From: Gammaproteobacteria bacterium
Lineage (GTDB): Bacteria; Pseudomonadota; Gammaproteobacteria; Steroidobacterales; Steroidobacteraceae
NCBI GenBank assembly: GCA_025357835.1
Contig: JANYLM010000086.1
Location: 2,009 to 66,008 of the forward strand
DNA: 64,000 nucleotides
Direction of reading: 5' to 3'
Positions within the stretch are counted from its first letter, which is position 1, and every line of letters starts with the position of its first letter. Below the pieces are notes generated by a model. That model ran no database searches and was not told the origin of the DNA. It saw nothing but the letters and a program-made list of their open reading frames with translations. The translations under genes and the position numbers were made by a program. Shown here piece after piece: positions 20,166 through 30,748 of the stretch.

Positions 20166-20864
20166 CTAGGATAACTCACCGGAAGCCATCAATGCATCGA
20201 GCGCAAGGTTGCGCGCCAGGGCGTCAGGGTCGGCGTGCGGGGCGAAGGGGAAAAAGCCGAGGCAGGGCGCCGAAATACGATTCTGCAGAGTCGACAGATT
20301 TTCAGTCAGGCGTTCGAATTGGGGATCGATGCCATTCGCCACCCAGCCGCGCAAACGTAAGCCGCGCCGTTCGATGGATTCCGCCGTCAGCAGCGCATGA
20401 TTTAGGCAGCCCAGGCGCAGGCCCACCACCAAGACCACGTCAATTTGCCAGTGCGCGGCGAGGTCCGCGAAACCGCGGCTGGCATCCAGAGGCGCCAACC
20501 AGCCGCCCGCCCCCTCGACGATCAAGAACTGGCTTTGCACCGCCAGGCGTGCGTAGGCTCTATCCAACACCGCGAAGTCGATGTCGACGCCCGCCTCCCG
20601 GGCCGCAATGTGCGGCGCAATCGCCGGCGCAAAGGCATAGGGGTTCACTTCGCGGTAGTGGGCGCGCACATTCATCGCGGCCAGCAGTGCAAGGGCGTCT
20701 TCATTGCGCAGACCCTCCGGAGTCTGAGTACACCCGGAGGCCACCGGCTTCATTGCGGCCACGCGGATGCCCCGGGCGGCCAGGGCGCGGCACAGGGCGG
20801 CGGCCACACGGGTCTTGCCGACGCCCGTATCGGTGCCGGTGACGAATAAGGCAGTGGCGCTCAC
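20166..20864 (-). CDS. bioD: Dethiobiotin synthase
   Basis: Start re-set to the GTG at 20864 (VSATALFVTGTDTGVGKTRV...). It has a P-loop GTDTGVGKT and EGAGGW. The listed upstream extension overlaps bioC. Confidence 0.9.
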   Translation of the reverse strand: MSATALFVTGTDTGVGKTRVAAALCRALAARGIRVAAMKPVASGCTQTPEGLRNEDALALLAAMNVRAHYREVNPYAFAPAIAPHIAAREAGVDIDFAVLDRAYARLAVQSQFLIVEGAGGWLAPLDASRGFADLAAHWQIDVVLVVGLRLGCLNHALLTAESIERRGLRLRGWVANGIDPQFERLTENLSTLQNRISAPCLGFFPFAPHADPDALARNLALDALMASGELS

Positions 20865-20874
20865 GGGCGCAGTT

Positions 20875-21819
20875 TCACGGGCGGCGCCTGGAGCGCAGTT
20901 GTTGTTTAAGTTCTTCGAGCGATACCGTGGCGCCCTCTGCGTTGTCGCGCCGCCCGGCCGTGGTGGGCGCCCAAGCGTGGGCGAAGACGACTTCGTAGGT
21001 GGCCGGCAAGCGGCCGTCCTGCCGGAAGGCCTCATAGGCCGTTCGCAATGCGGCGAATTGTCGCCGCCCGGTTAGGCCCCTGGCTCGACCCATGGTTGCA
21101 TTGTGAGCGCCGGTGGCCCTGAGGTCAGCGGCGACGCCTTGTACGTCACGGTAGCTCAAGGTGTAACGCTCCACATCGAGCACCGGCGCCGCGAAGCCGT
21201 GGCGCACTAGGGCATCGCCGATATCGTGCATGTCGATGAATTGATTGACGTGGGTGTACGAGTCCACCGCCGCCCAGGCGCTGCGCAGCTCGCGCAAAGT
21301 GTCCGGACCCAAAGTGGTGAAGCAGAGCAGCCCGCGGGGCTTAAGTACGCGGCGAAACTCGGCGAACACGGCATCGGGATTGCACCACTGCAGCATGAGA
21401 TTGCTGACGACCAAATCGGCACTGCTGTCCGCTAGGGGTAATCGCTCGGCGTCCCCACAGAGGCGGGCAAAGCGGCGCAGCCACGTCTGCCGGCGGCCTG
21501 AGGCGCGCAACATAGGCTGTGAGACGTCCAAGGCAATAACTAGAGCTTTAGGGTAACGACGTATAAGTGCTATAGACGCGTGTCCGGTGCCGGCACCTGC
21601 GTCGACTACGACTCCTGGCGTCAACGCCATCAAATCAAGACGCGCCACAAGGTTGTCACGCACCTCGGTGTGCAGGACGGCTGCCGCATCGTAGGTCGAT
21701 GCGGCGCGATCGAAGGCGCGCCGTACTCGATGCGTATCAAGCTCGTAGGCCGTAGGATCGATCGGCGCCGCGAGGTCCGGCATGTGGCCATTCAGCGCGG
21801 GGTCTTCCGGCGTGTTCAC
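20875..21819 (-). CDS. bioC: Malonyl-[ACP] O-methyltransferase
   Basis: The N-terminus has [27 protein letters not shown] and the SAM motif VVDAGAGTG, and it sits between bioB and bioD. The ATG overlaps the bioB stop (ATGA). Confidence 0.85.
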   Translation of the reverse strand: MNTPEDPALNGHMPDLAAPIDPTAYELDTHRVRRAFDRAASTYDAAAVLHTEVRDNLVARLDLMALTPGVVVDAGAGTGHASIALIRRYPKALVIALDVSQPMLRASGRRQTWLRRFARLCGDAERLPLADSSADLVVSNLMLQWCNPDAVFAEFRRVLKPRGLLCFTTLGPDTLRELRSAWAAVDSYTHVNQFIDMHDIGDALVRHGFAAPVLDVERYTLSYRDVQGVAADLRATGAHNATMGRARGLTGRRQFAALRTAYEAFRQDGRLPATYEVVFAHAWAPTTAGRRDNAEGATVSLEELKQQLRSRRRP

Positions 21820-22934
21820 ACCGTTGCCGCGTTGCTCTCTGCATGCTGTGCGGCGGCCTGAACGCCGGGACCGACTGCGGCGACGAGGGACATCATCTGT
21901 GCCGGTGCGTCGCCCGCGGTATGGCCGGCCCCCGGTAGGCCGGAACCGGCTAGGCCGGCCCCCGCTAGGTCGGCCCCCGGTAGGCCGGCCCCCGCTTCAG
22001 CGACAATTTTCAGGCGCCTGAACAGATTCTGATCGTCCTCAGTGTCCGGATTGCCGGTGGTCAGAAGTTTCTCACCATAAAAAATGGAATTGGCGCCGGC
22101 TAGGAAGCACAGCGCCTGCAGTTCGTCGCTCATCTCGCTGCGACCCGCGGACAGGCGCACGTGGCAGCGCGGCATGACGATGCGCGCGACCCCGATGGTG
22201 CGGACGAAATCGAAGGGGTCCAAAGCCGGCGCCCGCTCCAGCGGCGTACCGGCGACTCTGACCAGCTGATTGATGGGAACGCTTTGTGGGTGTTCGGGCA
22301 GGGTGGCGAGAATGTGCAGGAGCTCCGCCCTATCCTGAGGTTCCTCGCCCATGCCGACGATCCCGCCGCAGCAGACGTTCATGCCCGCATCGCGCACGGC
22401 CTGGAGGGTGTCGAGCCTGTCCTGGTAGGTGCGGGTGGTGATGATTTTCTCGTAGTACTGCGGCGACGTATCGAGATTGTGATTGTAGTAGTCCAGGCCA
22501 GCCTGCTTCAGTTCCTGCGCTTGTTCCGGTGTCAGCATGCCGAGAGTGGCGCAGGTCTCCATTCCCAAGGACTTCACCTCGCGAATCATGGCGAGTACCT
22601 TGCGCAGATCCTTTGGTTTGGGCGATCGATAGGCTGCGCCCATGCAGAAACGGGTCGCGCCTGATTGTTGGGCACGGCGCGCACTTGAGGCGACCTCCTC
22701 CACCTCGAGCAGCTCCTGCGTTTCCAACCCCGTATGGAAGCGAACGCTTTGGGGGCAGTAGGCGCAGTCTTCGGGGCAACTCCCGGTCTTGATGCTGAGG
22801 AGGGTGCCGATCTGCACCGTGTTCGGCACCTGATAGCGTCGATGCACGGTCTGCGCCATGAATACCAAGTCCATGAAGGGCAATGCGAAAAGCGCTTTTA
22901 CTTCCGCGAGCGTCCAATCATTGCGTACCGTCAC
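21816..22934 (-). CDS. bioB: Biotin synthase with an unusual Ala/Gly/Pro-rich repetitive C-terminal tail
   Basis: GTG start with an AAGAGG RBS. Contains the radical-SAM motif [11 protein letters not shown] plus YNHNLDTS and GMGE. The conserved body ends near FRRLKI and is followed by about 60 extra residues including the (L[PA]G[AS][GD])n repeats. Confidence 0.95.
   Translation of the reverse strand: MTVRNDWTLAEVKALFALPFMDLVFMAQTVHRRYQVPNTVQIGTLLSIKTGSCPEDCAYCPQSVRFHTGLETQELLEVEEVASSARRAQQSGATRFCMGAAYRSPKPKDLRKVLAMIREVKSLGMETCATLGMLTPEQAQELKQAGLDYYNHNLDTSPQYYEKIITTRTYQDRLDTLQAVRDAGMNVCCGGIVGMGEEPQDRAELLHILATLPEHPQSVPINQLVRVAGTPLERAPALDPFDFVRTIGVARIVMPRCHVRLSAGRSEMSDELQALCFLAGANSIFYGEKLLTTGNPDTEDDQNLFRRLKIVAEAGAGLPGADLAGAGLAGSGLPGAGHTAGDAPAQMMSLVAAVGPGVQAAAQHAESNAATV
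21924..21998. repeat. Five imperfect tandem copies of a 15-bp unit (gccggcccccggtag) inside the bioB 3' region
   Basis: Read directly: gccggcccccggtag / gccggaaccggctag / gccggcccccgctag / gtcggcccccggtag / gccggcccccgcttc. The array is in frame and encodes the pentapeptide repeats [24 protein letters not shown] on the minus strand. Confidence 0.85.
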
Positions 22935-23027
22935 AAATACCTCTTAAGTGCTGGCCGTCGCCGGCTTTTGCCGAACCGTAGGGCCGCGATTTGCGGCAGG
23001 GATGAGTATTCGGCGCCCCGCTTTCTT

Positions 23028-23058
23028 AGTCAACCAAGAGGGCGAAATTCGGTTGACG
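23028..23058. promoter_or_regulatory. Candidate BirA (biotin repressor) operator upstream of bioB
   Basis: In bioB orientation the site reads cGTCAACC-N15-GGTTGACt, a perfect 7-bp inverted repeat. It matches the known proteobacterial BirA site architecture TGTAAACC-N14/15-GGTTTACA and lies about 95-125 nt upstream of the bioB start. Confidence 0.5.
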
Positions 23059-23059
23059 A

Positions 23060-23365
23060 TCACTTCGTAGCCGGCTCGGCAGGAGTGGAGTTTGAGTGGC
23101 CGCCGTCGATCACGACGATTTGTAGCGGAGAATCGCCCCAAGCCGCTATGGCTTCCTCGCAGTACTCGGCATCGTAGCGGCCGCGCATGGAATTCCTGGT
23201 CGAATACTTCTCGCAGTCCATCGACAGCGCTCTGAGTTGCGCAGCAGTCAGCCGCCCGATGGGAGGACTGTGGAGCAATCTTAACGGCGTAAGGGCCTTA
23301 GGATCGCCACCGCAACCGGCCAACGCGGCGCTGCAAACAAATAGCAGAATCCACTTCGATTTCAC
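23060..23365 (-). CDS. Small hypothetical lipoprotein
   Basis: The signal peptide has a lipobox: MKSKWILLFVCSAALAGC|GG. The product is 101 aa with two further Cys residues. No family recognised. Confidence 0.6.
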   Translation of the reverse strand: MKSKWILLFVCSAALAGCGGDPKALTPLRLLHSPPIGRLTAAQLRALSMDCEKYSTRNSMRGRYDAEYCEEAIAAWGDSPLQIVVIDGGHSNSTPAEPATK

Positions 23366-23374
23366 GGCAATCTT

Positions 23375-24235
23375 TCAGCGCGCAAACTGGTATTCCAGCG
23401 CCATGCCGATGAATACGGCCATGCCGAAATAATTGTTATTGAGAAAGGCGCGCAGGCAGGCATCCCGATCGCGGGCGCGTATCAACCACAGCTGGTAGAC
23501 GAAAAACACGGCTCCCGCCCCTAGACCCATGGCGTACCAATGACCCATGTGGATCATGCGCCCGACAAGAAAGAGAGAAAGCAGGGTCATCGCCTGCAAT
23601 ACCGCAATGATGTGGCGATCCGAATCGCCGAACAGAATCGCCGTCGAGCGCACGCCGATCTTAAGGTCGTCTTCACGATCTGCCATCGCATACATGGTGT
23701 CGTACACGGTGACCCAGAGCATATTGGCCAGCAACAGCAGCCAGGCGACTCGCGGTACTTGCTCGTACTGCGCCTCGAAGGCCATCGGGATTCCCCAGCC
23801 GAACGTCAGACCAAGGTACATCTGGGGCACCGGCAGAAAGCGTTTTACGAAGGGGTAGCTGACCGCCAGAAATCCGCCCGCCACCGCCAGCAGCAGAGTC
23901 GATTTGTTCAGTTGTAAAGCCAGCATCAGGGCCGTTATGGACAGTGCCGCGAACAACACCAGGGCCTCCAGCGTCGAAATGCGCCCCGCCGCCAGGGGTC
24001 TATCCTTGGTGCGCGCCACACGCGGATCGAAGCTGCGGTCGGCATAGTCGTTGATGGCACAGCCGGCGGAGCGCATGAGCACGGTGCCGACTACAAAGAT
24101 GATAAATATGCGGGGGCTGGGGTTGCCGCGGCTGCTGATCCACAGTGCCCATAATGTAGGCCAGAGCAGCAGCCAGATGCCGATGGGACGGTCCAGGCGC
24201 ATGAGCCGCGCGTAGTCCAGCAATCCGCCGAGCAT
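23375..24235 (-). CDS. ubiA: 4-hydroxybenzoate polyprenyltransferase
   Basis: Contains LMRLDRPIGIWLLLWPTLWALW, the NDYADRSFD motif and DREDDLKIG. The ATG at 24235 gives a typical 286 aa. The listed ORF extends to a GTG at 24346, which remains an alternative start. Confidence 0.9.
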   Translation of the reverse strand: MLGGLLDYARLMRLDRPIGIWLLLWPTLWALWISSRGNPSPRIFIIFVVGTVLMRSAGCAINDYADRSFDPRVARTKDRPLAAGRISTLEALVLFAALSITALMLALQLNKSTLLLAVAGGFLAVSYPFVKRFLPVPQMYLGLTFGWGIPMAFEAQYEQVPRVAWLLLLANMLWVTVYDTMYAMADREDDLKIGVRSTAILFGDSDRHIIAVLQAMTLLSLFLVGRMIHMGHWYAMGLGAGAVFFVYQLWLIRARDRDACLRAFLNNNYFGMAVFIGMALEYQFAR

Positions 24236-24359
24236 CCGTGGCAGCTCATGGATGGTCCACGGGTGGAAACGCACGCGGAAGACAAACCAGCGCCAGCGCT
24301 CGGCGATCCGCTCGATCAACTCAACTCCGGAGTGGGGCAGTTGCACGCTCGATACGGCC

Positions 24360-24947
24360 CTAAATGCGGCCCATGGCGGGCAGGAACAGCTCTTGGATCA
24401 GCAGCGGAGCGCTGCGCAACCACACGCGTGCGCGGCGCGCCCACAGGCCGGCGGGTTTTACCTCAGCGTCACGCAATGCGCGCGCCGTGACGGCTTCTTC
24501 CGCGGGCAGCCAGGCATACTCGTAGGAGCTGCGTTCAACTCCCGACAAGTCGCTCAAGGTTTCGCCCAGGGCGGAATCACCCAACTCCGCAAGCCAGGGA
24601 TGGGCGCACAAAGTCGAGTCGGGCATGACGCACTGCTCGAATACCCACACCTGGTCCCCGCGGCACATTTCAACATCGCGGAATAGTGCGGCGTTGTCCG
24701 TGCATCGCAGCCCCGATTTATATGCGTCGTTGAGCAGTCCGGTCCATTGATCCACCAGTCGCAAGTGGAAGTGCTCGTGGCATACCGCCTTCATGCGCAG
24801 AGTCAACAGTCCCTTGCCGATCAGCCAAGAGCGTACCTGTGCATCCACGGCTAATTGGCCCAGGCGCTCTGCGGGGAGCCACTGAATGGGATCAATGGGG
24901 CGCGTCTTGCCGACAGTCATGTGGTTTTGCTTAGTGTCATTCGTCAT
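24360..24947 (-). CDS. ubiC: Chorismate--pyruvate lyase
   Basis: It lies immediately upstream of ubiA, is about 195 aa, and shows UbiC-like features (WLIGKGLLTLRMK, REVEM-like FRDVEMCRGDQVWVFEQCVMP). The start was set to the ATG at 24947, just after the recG stop. Confidence 0.75.
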   Translation of the reverse strand: MTNDTKQNHMTVGKTRPIDPIQWLPAERLGQLAVDAQVRSWLIGKGLLTLRMKAVCHEHFHLRLVDQWTGLLNDAYKSGLRCTDNAALFRDVEMCRGDQVWVFEQCVMPDSTLCAHPWLAELGDSALGETLSDLSGVERSSYEYAWLPAEEAVTARALRDAEVKPAGLWARRARVWLRSAPLLIQELFLPAMGRI

Positions 24948-24948
24948 T

Positions 24949-27033
24949 CTAACCGACGCGGCCGTATTGCTCCGCATGACCCACCCAACGGCCGATGAGC
25001 GGCGCGACGTGGGCAGGCCAGTCGCGCAGCAGGGTTTCCGCCGCAATCTGCACTCGGGGCAGTAAATCGGCATCGCGCAATAAATCGGCAACGCGCATTT
25101 GCGCAAGGCCGGTCTGGCGCGTCCCCAGCAACTCACCGGGTCCGCGCAAATCCAGATCGCGCCGCGCCACCTCGAAACCGTCGTTGGTGTCGCGCATTAC
25201 CGCCAGCCGCTCCCGGGCTAGCGAGGACAGGGGCGAGCGATACAGCAAGAGACAGGAACTGACATGCTGGCCGCGGCCGACCCGTCCCCGCAGCTGGTGA
25301 AGCTGTGCCAGCCCCATGCGTTCGGCATTCTCGATGACCATGAGGGTGGCGTTCGGCACGTCGACGCCGACTTCGATGACCGTGGTCGCCACCAGGAGCT
25401 GGATCTTGCCCTCGTTGAAGCGCCGCATCGTGCCCTCCTTCGCCGACGCCGGCATGCGCCCGTGCACCAGTCCGACGCTGAGTTCGGGCAGGGCGGCGGC
25501 CAACGACGCGGCCGTTTCCTCCGCGGCTTGATAGGGCATTTCCTCGGATTCATCGATGAGCGGGCAGACCCAGTAGCTCTGCCGGCCCTCGAGACAGGCG
25601 GTTCGAATCCGTTGCACCACCTCGTCGCGGCGCGCTTCGGCCAGTACGACGGTCTTCACGGGCGTGCGTCCCGGCGGCAGCTCGTCGATCACTGAGACAT
25701 CGAGATCGGCATAGGCGGTCATCGCCAGGGTTCGCGGAATGGGGGTCGCGGTCATGATCAATTGATGCGGCTGATGGCCGTCCGAGGCGCCTTTTTCGCG
25801 CAGACTCAAGCGCTGATGCACGCCGAAGCGATGCTGTTCATCGACGATGACCAGGGCCAGCGAGGAGAATTCGACGTGTTCCTGAAACAGCGCATGGGTA
25901 CCGACAACGATGGGCGCCAGCCCCTCGCGGATACCCTCCAAGACGGCGCCGCGTGCCTTGCCGGTTTGCCGCCCGGTCAGCAGCGCCACCACAATCCCTA
26001 AGGGTTCGAACCAACGCCGAAAATTCTGCGCATGTTGGTCGGCCAGCAATTCCGTCGGCGCCATCAGCGCCACTTGCCGGCCTGCCTGCACGGCCTGGGT
26101 CGCTGCCAAGGCCGCAACCAGGGTTTTCCCGCACCCCACGTCCCCCTGCACCAGGCGCAGCATGGGCTTGCCCAACTTCAAGTCGCCCTCGATCTCCAAC
26201 AGCGCTCGTTGCTGCGCTTGAGTCAATCGAAACGGCAACGCAGCCAGCAACCCGGCCTTGAGTGCGCCGTTCGATTGCAGAGGCCAGCCGGGATCGCTTT
26301 GAATGCGCCGTCGCAACAACTTGAGTGACAATTGATGCGCCAACAGTTCCTCGAAAGCCAGGCGGCGCTGCGCCGGATGGCGCCCGCTCAACAATAATTC
26401 CACCGGGGCATCCGTCGGCGGACGATGTACATAGCGCAAAGCGTCGCTTAAAGCTGGCAGGCGCGAATCGGCCAGGACGGAGCTGGGCAACCAATCCTCG
26501 ACGTCGCCGCATTGGTCCAGCGCCAAGCCCACCAACATGCGTAAGCGTCCTTGGGTTACCCCTTCGGTGCCGGGATAAATAGGTGTCAGATGATCTTCCG
26601 CGGCCACCGGCGTGTTCGGATCGATGCGCCGATATTCCGGATGCACGATTTCAAGGCCGTTAGGCCCGCGGCGCGCTTCGCCGAAACAGCGAATGCGTGC
26701 GCCGCGCGCCAGACCCTGCTGCTGCTGCGCGGTGAAATAGAAAAACCGCAAAGTCAGAAAGCCGGAGCCGTCGGCGATTTTGCACAGCATCTGCCGCCTA
26801 CCCCGAAAGACCACTTCGGTCAGCAGTACTTCGCCCTCCACCGCCGCGCGCTGCCCGGCGCGCAGCTCTCCCAGAGGCACCACCCGCGTGCGGTCTTCGT
26901 AGCGCAGGGGCAGTAGGAACAGCAGGTCTTGGGTGGTCGCGACGCCCAGGGCTAGCAGCCGCTGCGCGAGCGCAGCGCCGACACCGCGCAATACCGTGAC
27001 CGGCTTAGGCTCGATCACAGAGCGACGATGCAC
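24949..27033 (-). CDS. recG: ATP-dependent DNA helicase RecG
   Basis: 694 aa with an N-terminal wedge domain, Walker [20 protein letters not shown], and the helicase C motif [12 protein letters not shown]. Confidence 0.95.
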   Translation of the reverse strand: MHRRSVIEPKPVTVLRGVGAALAQRLLALGVATTQDLLFLLPLRYEDRTRVVPLGELRAGQRAAVEGEVLLTEVVFRGRRQMLCKIADGSGFLTLRFFYFTAQQQQGLARGARIRCFGEARRGPNGLEIVHPEYRRIDPNTPVAAEDHLTPIYPGTEGVTQGRLRMLVGLALDQCGDVEDWLPSSVLADSRLPALSDALRYVHRPPTDAPVELLLSGRHPAQRRLAFEELLAHQLSLKLLRRRIQSDPGWPLQSNGALKAGLLAALPFRLTQAQQRALLEIEGDLKLGKPMLRLVQGDVGCGKTLVAALAATQAVQAGRQVALMAPTELLADQHAQNFRRWFEPLGIVVALLTGRQTGKARGAVLEGIREGLAPIVVGTHALFQEHVEFSSLALVIVDEQHRFGVHQRLSLREKGASDGHQPHQLIMTATPIPRTLAMTAYADLDVSVIDELPPGRTPVKTVVLAEARRDEVVQRIRTACLEGRQSYWVCPLIDESEEMPYQAAEETAASLAAALPELSVGLVHGRMPASAKEGTMRRFNEGKIQLLVATTVIEVGVDVPNATLMVIENAERMGLAQLHQLRGRVGRGQHVSSCLLLYRSPLSSLARERLAVMRDTNDGFEVARRDLDLRGPGELLGTRQTGLAQMRVADLLRDADLLPRVQIAAETLLRDWPAHVAPLIGRWVGHAEQYGRVG

Positions 27034-27395
27034 TCCACTTCGACCTGGGCTCCGCGCGGCAGCGCGGCCACGCCGACGGTGGAGCGCGCGGGATAGGGCT
27101 CGCGAAAGTATTCAGCCATGACCTGGTTGACCAGCGCGAAGTGCGACAGGTCGACCAAAAAAATAGTCGTCTTGACGACGTCGTCGAAGCTTGCGCCCGC
27201 GGCCGCGACTATGGCCTTCATGTTCTCGAAAACCTGGCGGGCCTGCGCCTCGATATCCCCTTTGACCAGTTCCTTGGTGGCGGGATCCAACGGAATTTGA
27301 CCCGACAGCCAAATGGTACTGCCCACCCGGACGGCCTGCGAATATGGGCCGATCGCGGCTGGCGCAGTGGCTGTCGAAACGATTTGTTTGCTCAT
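27015..27395 (-). CDS. ridA: RidA/YjgF-family reactive enamine/imine deaminase
   Basis: Start re-set to the ATG at 27395: [38 protein letters not shown]...[24 protein letters not shown]. Confidence 0.9.
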   Translation of the reverse strand: MSKQIVSTATAPAAIGPYSQAVRVGSTIWLSGQIPLDPATKELVKGDIEAQARQVFENMKAIVAAAGASFDDVVKTTIFLVDLSHFALVNQVMAEYFREPYPARSTVGVAALPRGAQVEVECIVAL

Positions 27396-27468
27396 AGATG
27401 GCTTTGCTGATGGAAAGATGTTTGATAGTACGTTCCGCCCGAAGGCGGCGTTGATTTGGGCGCAGGCC

Positions 27469-29628
27469 TCAAGCCAAGGTGCGAAATACCCGCTGCACAT
27501 CCGGCATGCGCCGGATGGTTTTGATGACTTGCGCCAGGTGCCTGCGGTCGCGCACCTGGAGCTGAAATTTGAGAGATGAACTGCTCACGTCGCGTTCTTC
27601 CAACGATACCTGATCGATATTGGTCTCGGTTCCCGCAATGCTGGAAGCCACCGCCGCCAGCACGCCCACCCGGTTGTTGATTTCCAGCTGGATTTCGCAG
27701 CTGAAGGTGCGGCCATGCGTCGCTTCCCAAGCAACCGACAACCACTTCTCCGGTTGCTTGCGATACTCGGCGAGATTACCGCAATTCTGCCGATGAATCA
27801 TTACGCCTCGGCCCGCGCTCAAGTAAGCCATGATGGGATCGTTCGGGATGGGGAAGCAGCAGCGCGCGTACGTCACCAGCAGGCCCTCGGTGCCCGCGAT
27901 CATCAGCGGACCGCTGCGCGCCCCAATATGCTCGCCGCCGTCGCGCGCCGGCTGCAAACGCCGGGCAACCAAGGGGGCAAGACGCTCGCCCAGGCCGATT
28001 TTCTCGTACAACTCGGCGGCGTCCTTCAATTTCAGTTCTTTGACCACCGCGTCGATGTTCGCCGCCGGAATCTTTTTCAGATTGAGCGAAAATTCCTCGA
28101 GGGCGAGGCTCAGCAATCGCTTGCCGAGTTCCAGAGCCTCGCCGCGCTTGAGATTCTTCAAGTAAGCCCTGATGGCGGCGCGTGCTTTGGCCGTCACCAA
28201 GAAGGTCGACCAGGAGGGATTCGGCGTGGCGCCCTTCGCCGTGATGATTTCCACGGTCTGCCCATTGCGCAAGGGTGTGCGCAGCGGAACCAAGCGCCGG
28301 TCGACCTTGGCGGCCACACAGCGATTGCCGACGTCGGTGTGGATGGCGTAGGCAAAATCCACGGCGGTGGCGCCGCTGGGCAGCCGCAAAATCTTCCCCT
28401 TCGGAGTAAACACGTAGACCTTGTCAGGGAACAAATCGACTTTGACGCTCTCCAAGAATTCCTCGGAGCTACCGCCTTCCTGAATCTGCACCAAGCTCGC
28501 CAGCCACTCGCGCGCACGATCGTGTTCGATGCCGCCGAAGGTGTCGCCGCCGGATTTGTATTTCCAATGCGCGGCGATTCCCGACTCCGCCACTCGATGC
28601 ATTTCCTCGGAGCGAATCTGCACTTCGATGGGTATGCCGTTGGGTCCGAACAGGGTGGTGTGCAGAGACTGGTAGCCATTGACGCGCGGTATGGCGATGT
28701 AGTCCTTGAAGCGTCCCGGCATGGGCTTGTATACGCTGTGCACCAACCCTAATGTGCGGTAGCAGGTGTCGGCGCTGTCGACGATGATGCGAAAGCCGTA
28801 CACGTCGACCATTTCGTTGAGCGAGATCTTCTTGTTCTGCATCTTTTTGTAGATGCTGTACAGATGTTTTTCGCGGCCTTCCACGCCGCCGGGGAGTGCC
28901 GCCTTCTTCAGCGCGCCTTTGAAGGTTTCGGCGATCTTGCCGATGAATTCCTTCTGGTTGCCGCGCGCGCGCTTCAGTTCCCGTTCGAGCACCTTGTAAC
29001 GGTAGGGATACAGCGCCCTGAAGCCCAAGTCTTCGAGCTCGAGCTTGACCGCGTACAGCCCCAGGCGCTCGGCGATGGGGGCATAGATTTCCAGGGTTTC
29101 CCGGGCGCTGCGGCGCCGCTTGACCGGCGGCATCACTCCGAGGGTGCGCATGTTGTGCATGCGGTCGGCGAGCTTGACCATGATGACGCGGATATCGCGC
29201 ACCATGGCGAGCAGCATTTTGCGGAAGCTCTCGGCCTGAGCCTCCTGGCGATTCTTGAACTGAATCTGATCCAGCTTGCTGACGCCATCGACCAATTCAG
29301 CCACGACCTGTCCGAAGATGGACGCTATCTCGGCCTTGGCCGTCGGCGTGTCCTCGATGACATCGTGCAAAATCGCCGCCACCAGGGTGTCCGCATCCAA
29401 TCGCAGGTCCGCGAGAATATCGGCCACCGCAACCGGGTGGGTGATGTAGGGTTCGCCCGAAACGCGCTTCTGGCCGCGGTGCTTCTCCGCGCCGAACTCA
29501 TAGGCTTCGCGCACCCGCTCCACTTGAGCAGGGGACAAATAGGCTTCGAGTTTATCTAAGAGCTGACTGATCCCGGTGGAGCGTCTTCCACCGGGTAGGA
29601 AACCAAGTATGGAAGACGCATAGTCCAT
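27469..29628 (-). CDS. spoT: Bifunctional (p)ppGpp synthetase/hydrolase
   Basis: HD hydrolase domain ([20 protein letters not shown]...HDVIEDT), synthetase block ([19 protein letters not shown]), and TGS and ACT regions. It sits in the gmk-rpoZ-spoT context. Confidence 0.95.
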   Translation of the reverse strand: MDYASSILGFLPGGRRSTGISQLLDKLEAYLSPAQVERVREAYEFGAEKHRGQKRVSGEPYITHPVAVADILADLRLDADTLVAAILHDVIEDTPTAKAEIASIFGQVVAELVDGVSKLDQIQFKNRQEAQAESFRKMLLAMVRDIRVIMVKLADRMHNMRTLGVMPPVKRRRSARETLEIYAPIAERLGLYAVKLELEDLGFRALYPYRYKVLERELKRARGNQKEFIGKIAETFKGALKKAALPGGVEGREKHLYSIYKKMQNKKISLNEMVDVYGFRIIVDSADTCYRTLGLVHSVYKPMPGRFKDYIAIPRVNGYQSLHTTLFGPNGIPIEVQIRSEEMHRVAESGIAAHWKYKSGGDTFGGIEHDRAREWLASLVQIQEGGSSEEFLESVKVDLFPDKVYVFTPKGKILRLPSGATAVDFAYAIHTDVGNRCVAAKVDRRLVPLRTPLRNGQTVEIITAKGATPNPSWSTFLVTAKARAAIRAYLKNLKRGEALELGKRLLSLALEEFSLNLKKIPAANIDAVVKELKLKDAAELYEKIGLGERLAPLVARRLQPARDGGEHIGARSGPLMIAGTEGLLVTYARCCFPIPNDPIMAYLSAGRGVMIHRQNCGNLAEYRKQPEKWLSVAWEATHGRTFSCEIQLEINNRVGVLAAVASSIAGTETNIDQVSLEERDVSSSSLKFQLQVRDRRHLAQVIKTIRRMPDVQRVFRTLA

Positions 29629-29655
29629 CGTCGCTCTTAAGTTAGGACCGGTTCT

Positions 29656-29934
29656 TTAGTCCCCAAGGCCGAGTTGCGGTGCACGAAAATCCGACGGCAT
29701 GTCGAGCGCGCTCACCGGCGGCTGGGCCGGCTCCTCGGGCTCTTCCAACATTTCCAGCGTGATATTTCCGGCGGCAATCTCGCGCAGCGCCACCACAGTC
29801 GGCTTGTCGTTCTCCCATTCCACGGTGGCTTCGGCACCATTGGCCAGGCGCCGGGCGCGCTTCGCGGCCAACAACACCAGATTGAATAGATTGGGTTCGT
29901 TCTGCAGACAGTCTTCGACAGTGATACGCGCCAT
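29656..29934 (-). CDS. rpoZ: DNA-directed RNA polymerase subunit omega
   Basis: [30 protein letters not shown]. The ATG at 29934 is preferred over the upstream TTG of the listed ORF. Confidence 0.95.
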   Translation of the reverse strand: MARITVEDCLQNEPNLFNLVLLAAKRARRLANGAEATVEWENDKPTVVALREIAAGNITLEMLEEPEEPAQPPVSALDMPSDFRAPQLGLGD

Positions 29935-30106
29935 ACTCAAGGTTCCATTAAAGGGCTTGCGAGCATAGCAGAAACACCCTTATCCGGCATGATCCTTCCT
30001 CAATCCTGCGAGCCGGCTGTGGGTTGCTGGTCGGGTTGAGGCCAGAAAAAGGGGTAGGTGCCCCCGGGGCGGCGGCTGGCGGATTCAGTGGTCGCTACGG
30101 GCGTGC

Positions 30107-30742
30107 CTACCCCGCTTCGGGGTGTCCCGTCTGCAGCAATTCCGAAGTCAGGCGCACCACATCGGGTCGTTGAGCAGCTAGGTGAGTGCCCCGATCTTCG
30201 ACGATGGACTGCAAATCCTGAAGCGCCTGCTCGAAATGGTCGTTGATCACGATGTGGTCGAATTCGGCCCAGTGCCCCAGATCCTGCGCGGCGTCCTGCA
30301 TCCGACGCTTTATCACCGCGTCGCTGTCGGTGCTGCGCGCCCTGAGTCTCTGTTCCAGGGCGTGGCGGGTGGGCGGGAGAATGAAAATGCTGCGCGCCTC
30401 CGGCAAACGGGTCCGTACCTGTCTTGCACCCTGCCAATCGATTTCCAGCAATAGCTGCTCGCCGTTCCCCAGTGCCTCTTGGACGGTATGCGCGCCCGTG
30501 CCGTAGCAATAGTCGAAAACCTGTGCGTGCTCGAGAAACTCGTGGTGCGCCACCATCTCGGCAAAGCGATCCATTGTCACGAAGTGGTAGTCGCGCCCGG
30601 GAACCTCATTGGGCCGGGGTTTACGAGTGGTGTAGGACACGGAAAAGCGAATGCGCGGCTCGCGCTCCATCAAGGCTTTCACCAGGCTGGTCTTGCCCGC
30701 ACCGGAGGGCGCCGAAACTACGTACAGTCGTCCGCGTTGCAT
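30107..30742 (-). CDS. gmk: Guanylate kinase
   Basis: P-loop SAPSGAGKTSL, YTTRKPRPNEVPGRDYHFV, and IDWQGARQV. Confidence 0.95.
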   Translation of the reverse strand: MQRGRLYVVSAPSGAGKTSLVKALMEREPRIRFSVSYTTRKPRPNEVPGRDYHFVTMDRFAEMVAHHEFLEHAQVFDYCYGTGAHTVQEALGNGEQLLLEIDWQGARQVRTRLPEARSIFILPPTRHALEQRLRARSTDSDAVIKRRMQDAAQDLGHWAEFDHIVINDHFEQALQDLQSIVEDRGTHLAAQRPDVVRLTSELLQTGHPEAG

Positions 30743-30748
30743 CGATTG

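Noticed and set aside
21924-21998. Possible CRISPR or minisatellite reading of the 15-bp tandem repeats. The same question applies to the 9-bp repeats at 51754..51798.
   Set aside because: The repeats are directly adjacent with no spacers, are in frame within bioB and the lipoprotein gene, and no cas genes are present. They are coding tandem repeats, not CRISPR.
25600-25610. A tRNA-like T-loop string, GGTTCGAATCC followed by ...CACC.
   Set aside because: It lies inside the recG coding frame. The flanks cannot form T-stem or acceptor-stem pairing, and no D or anticodon arms are present. I found no tRNA, rRNA, tmRNA or SRP RNA candidate in any intergenic gap by eye.
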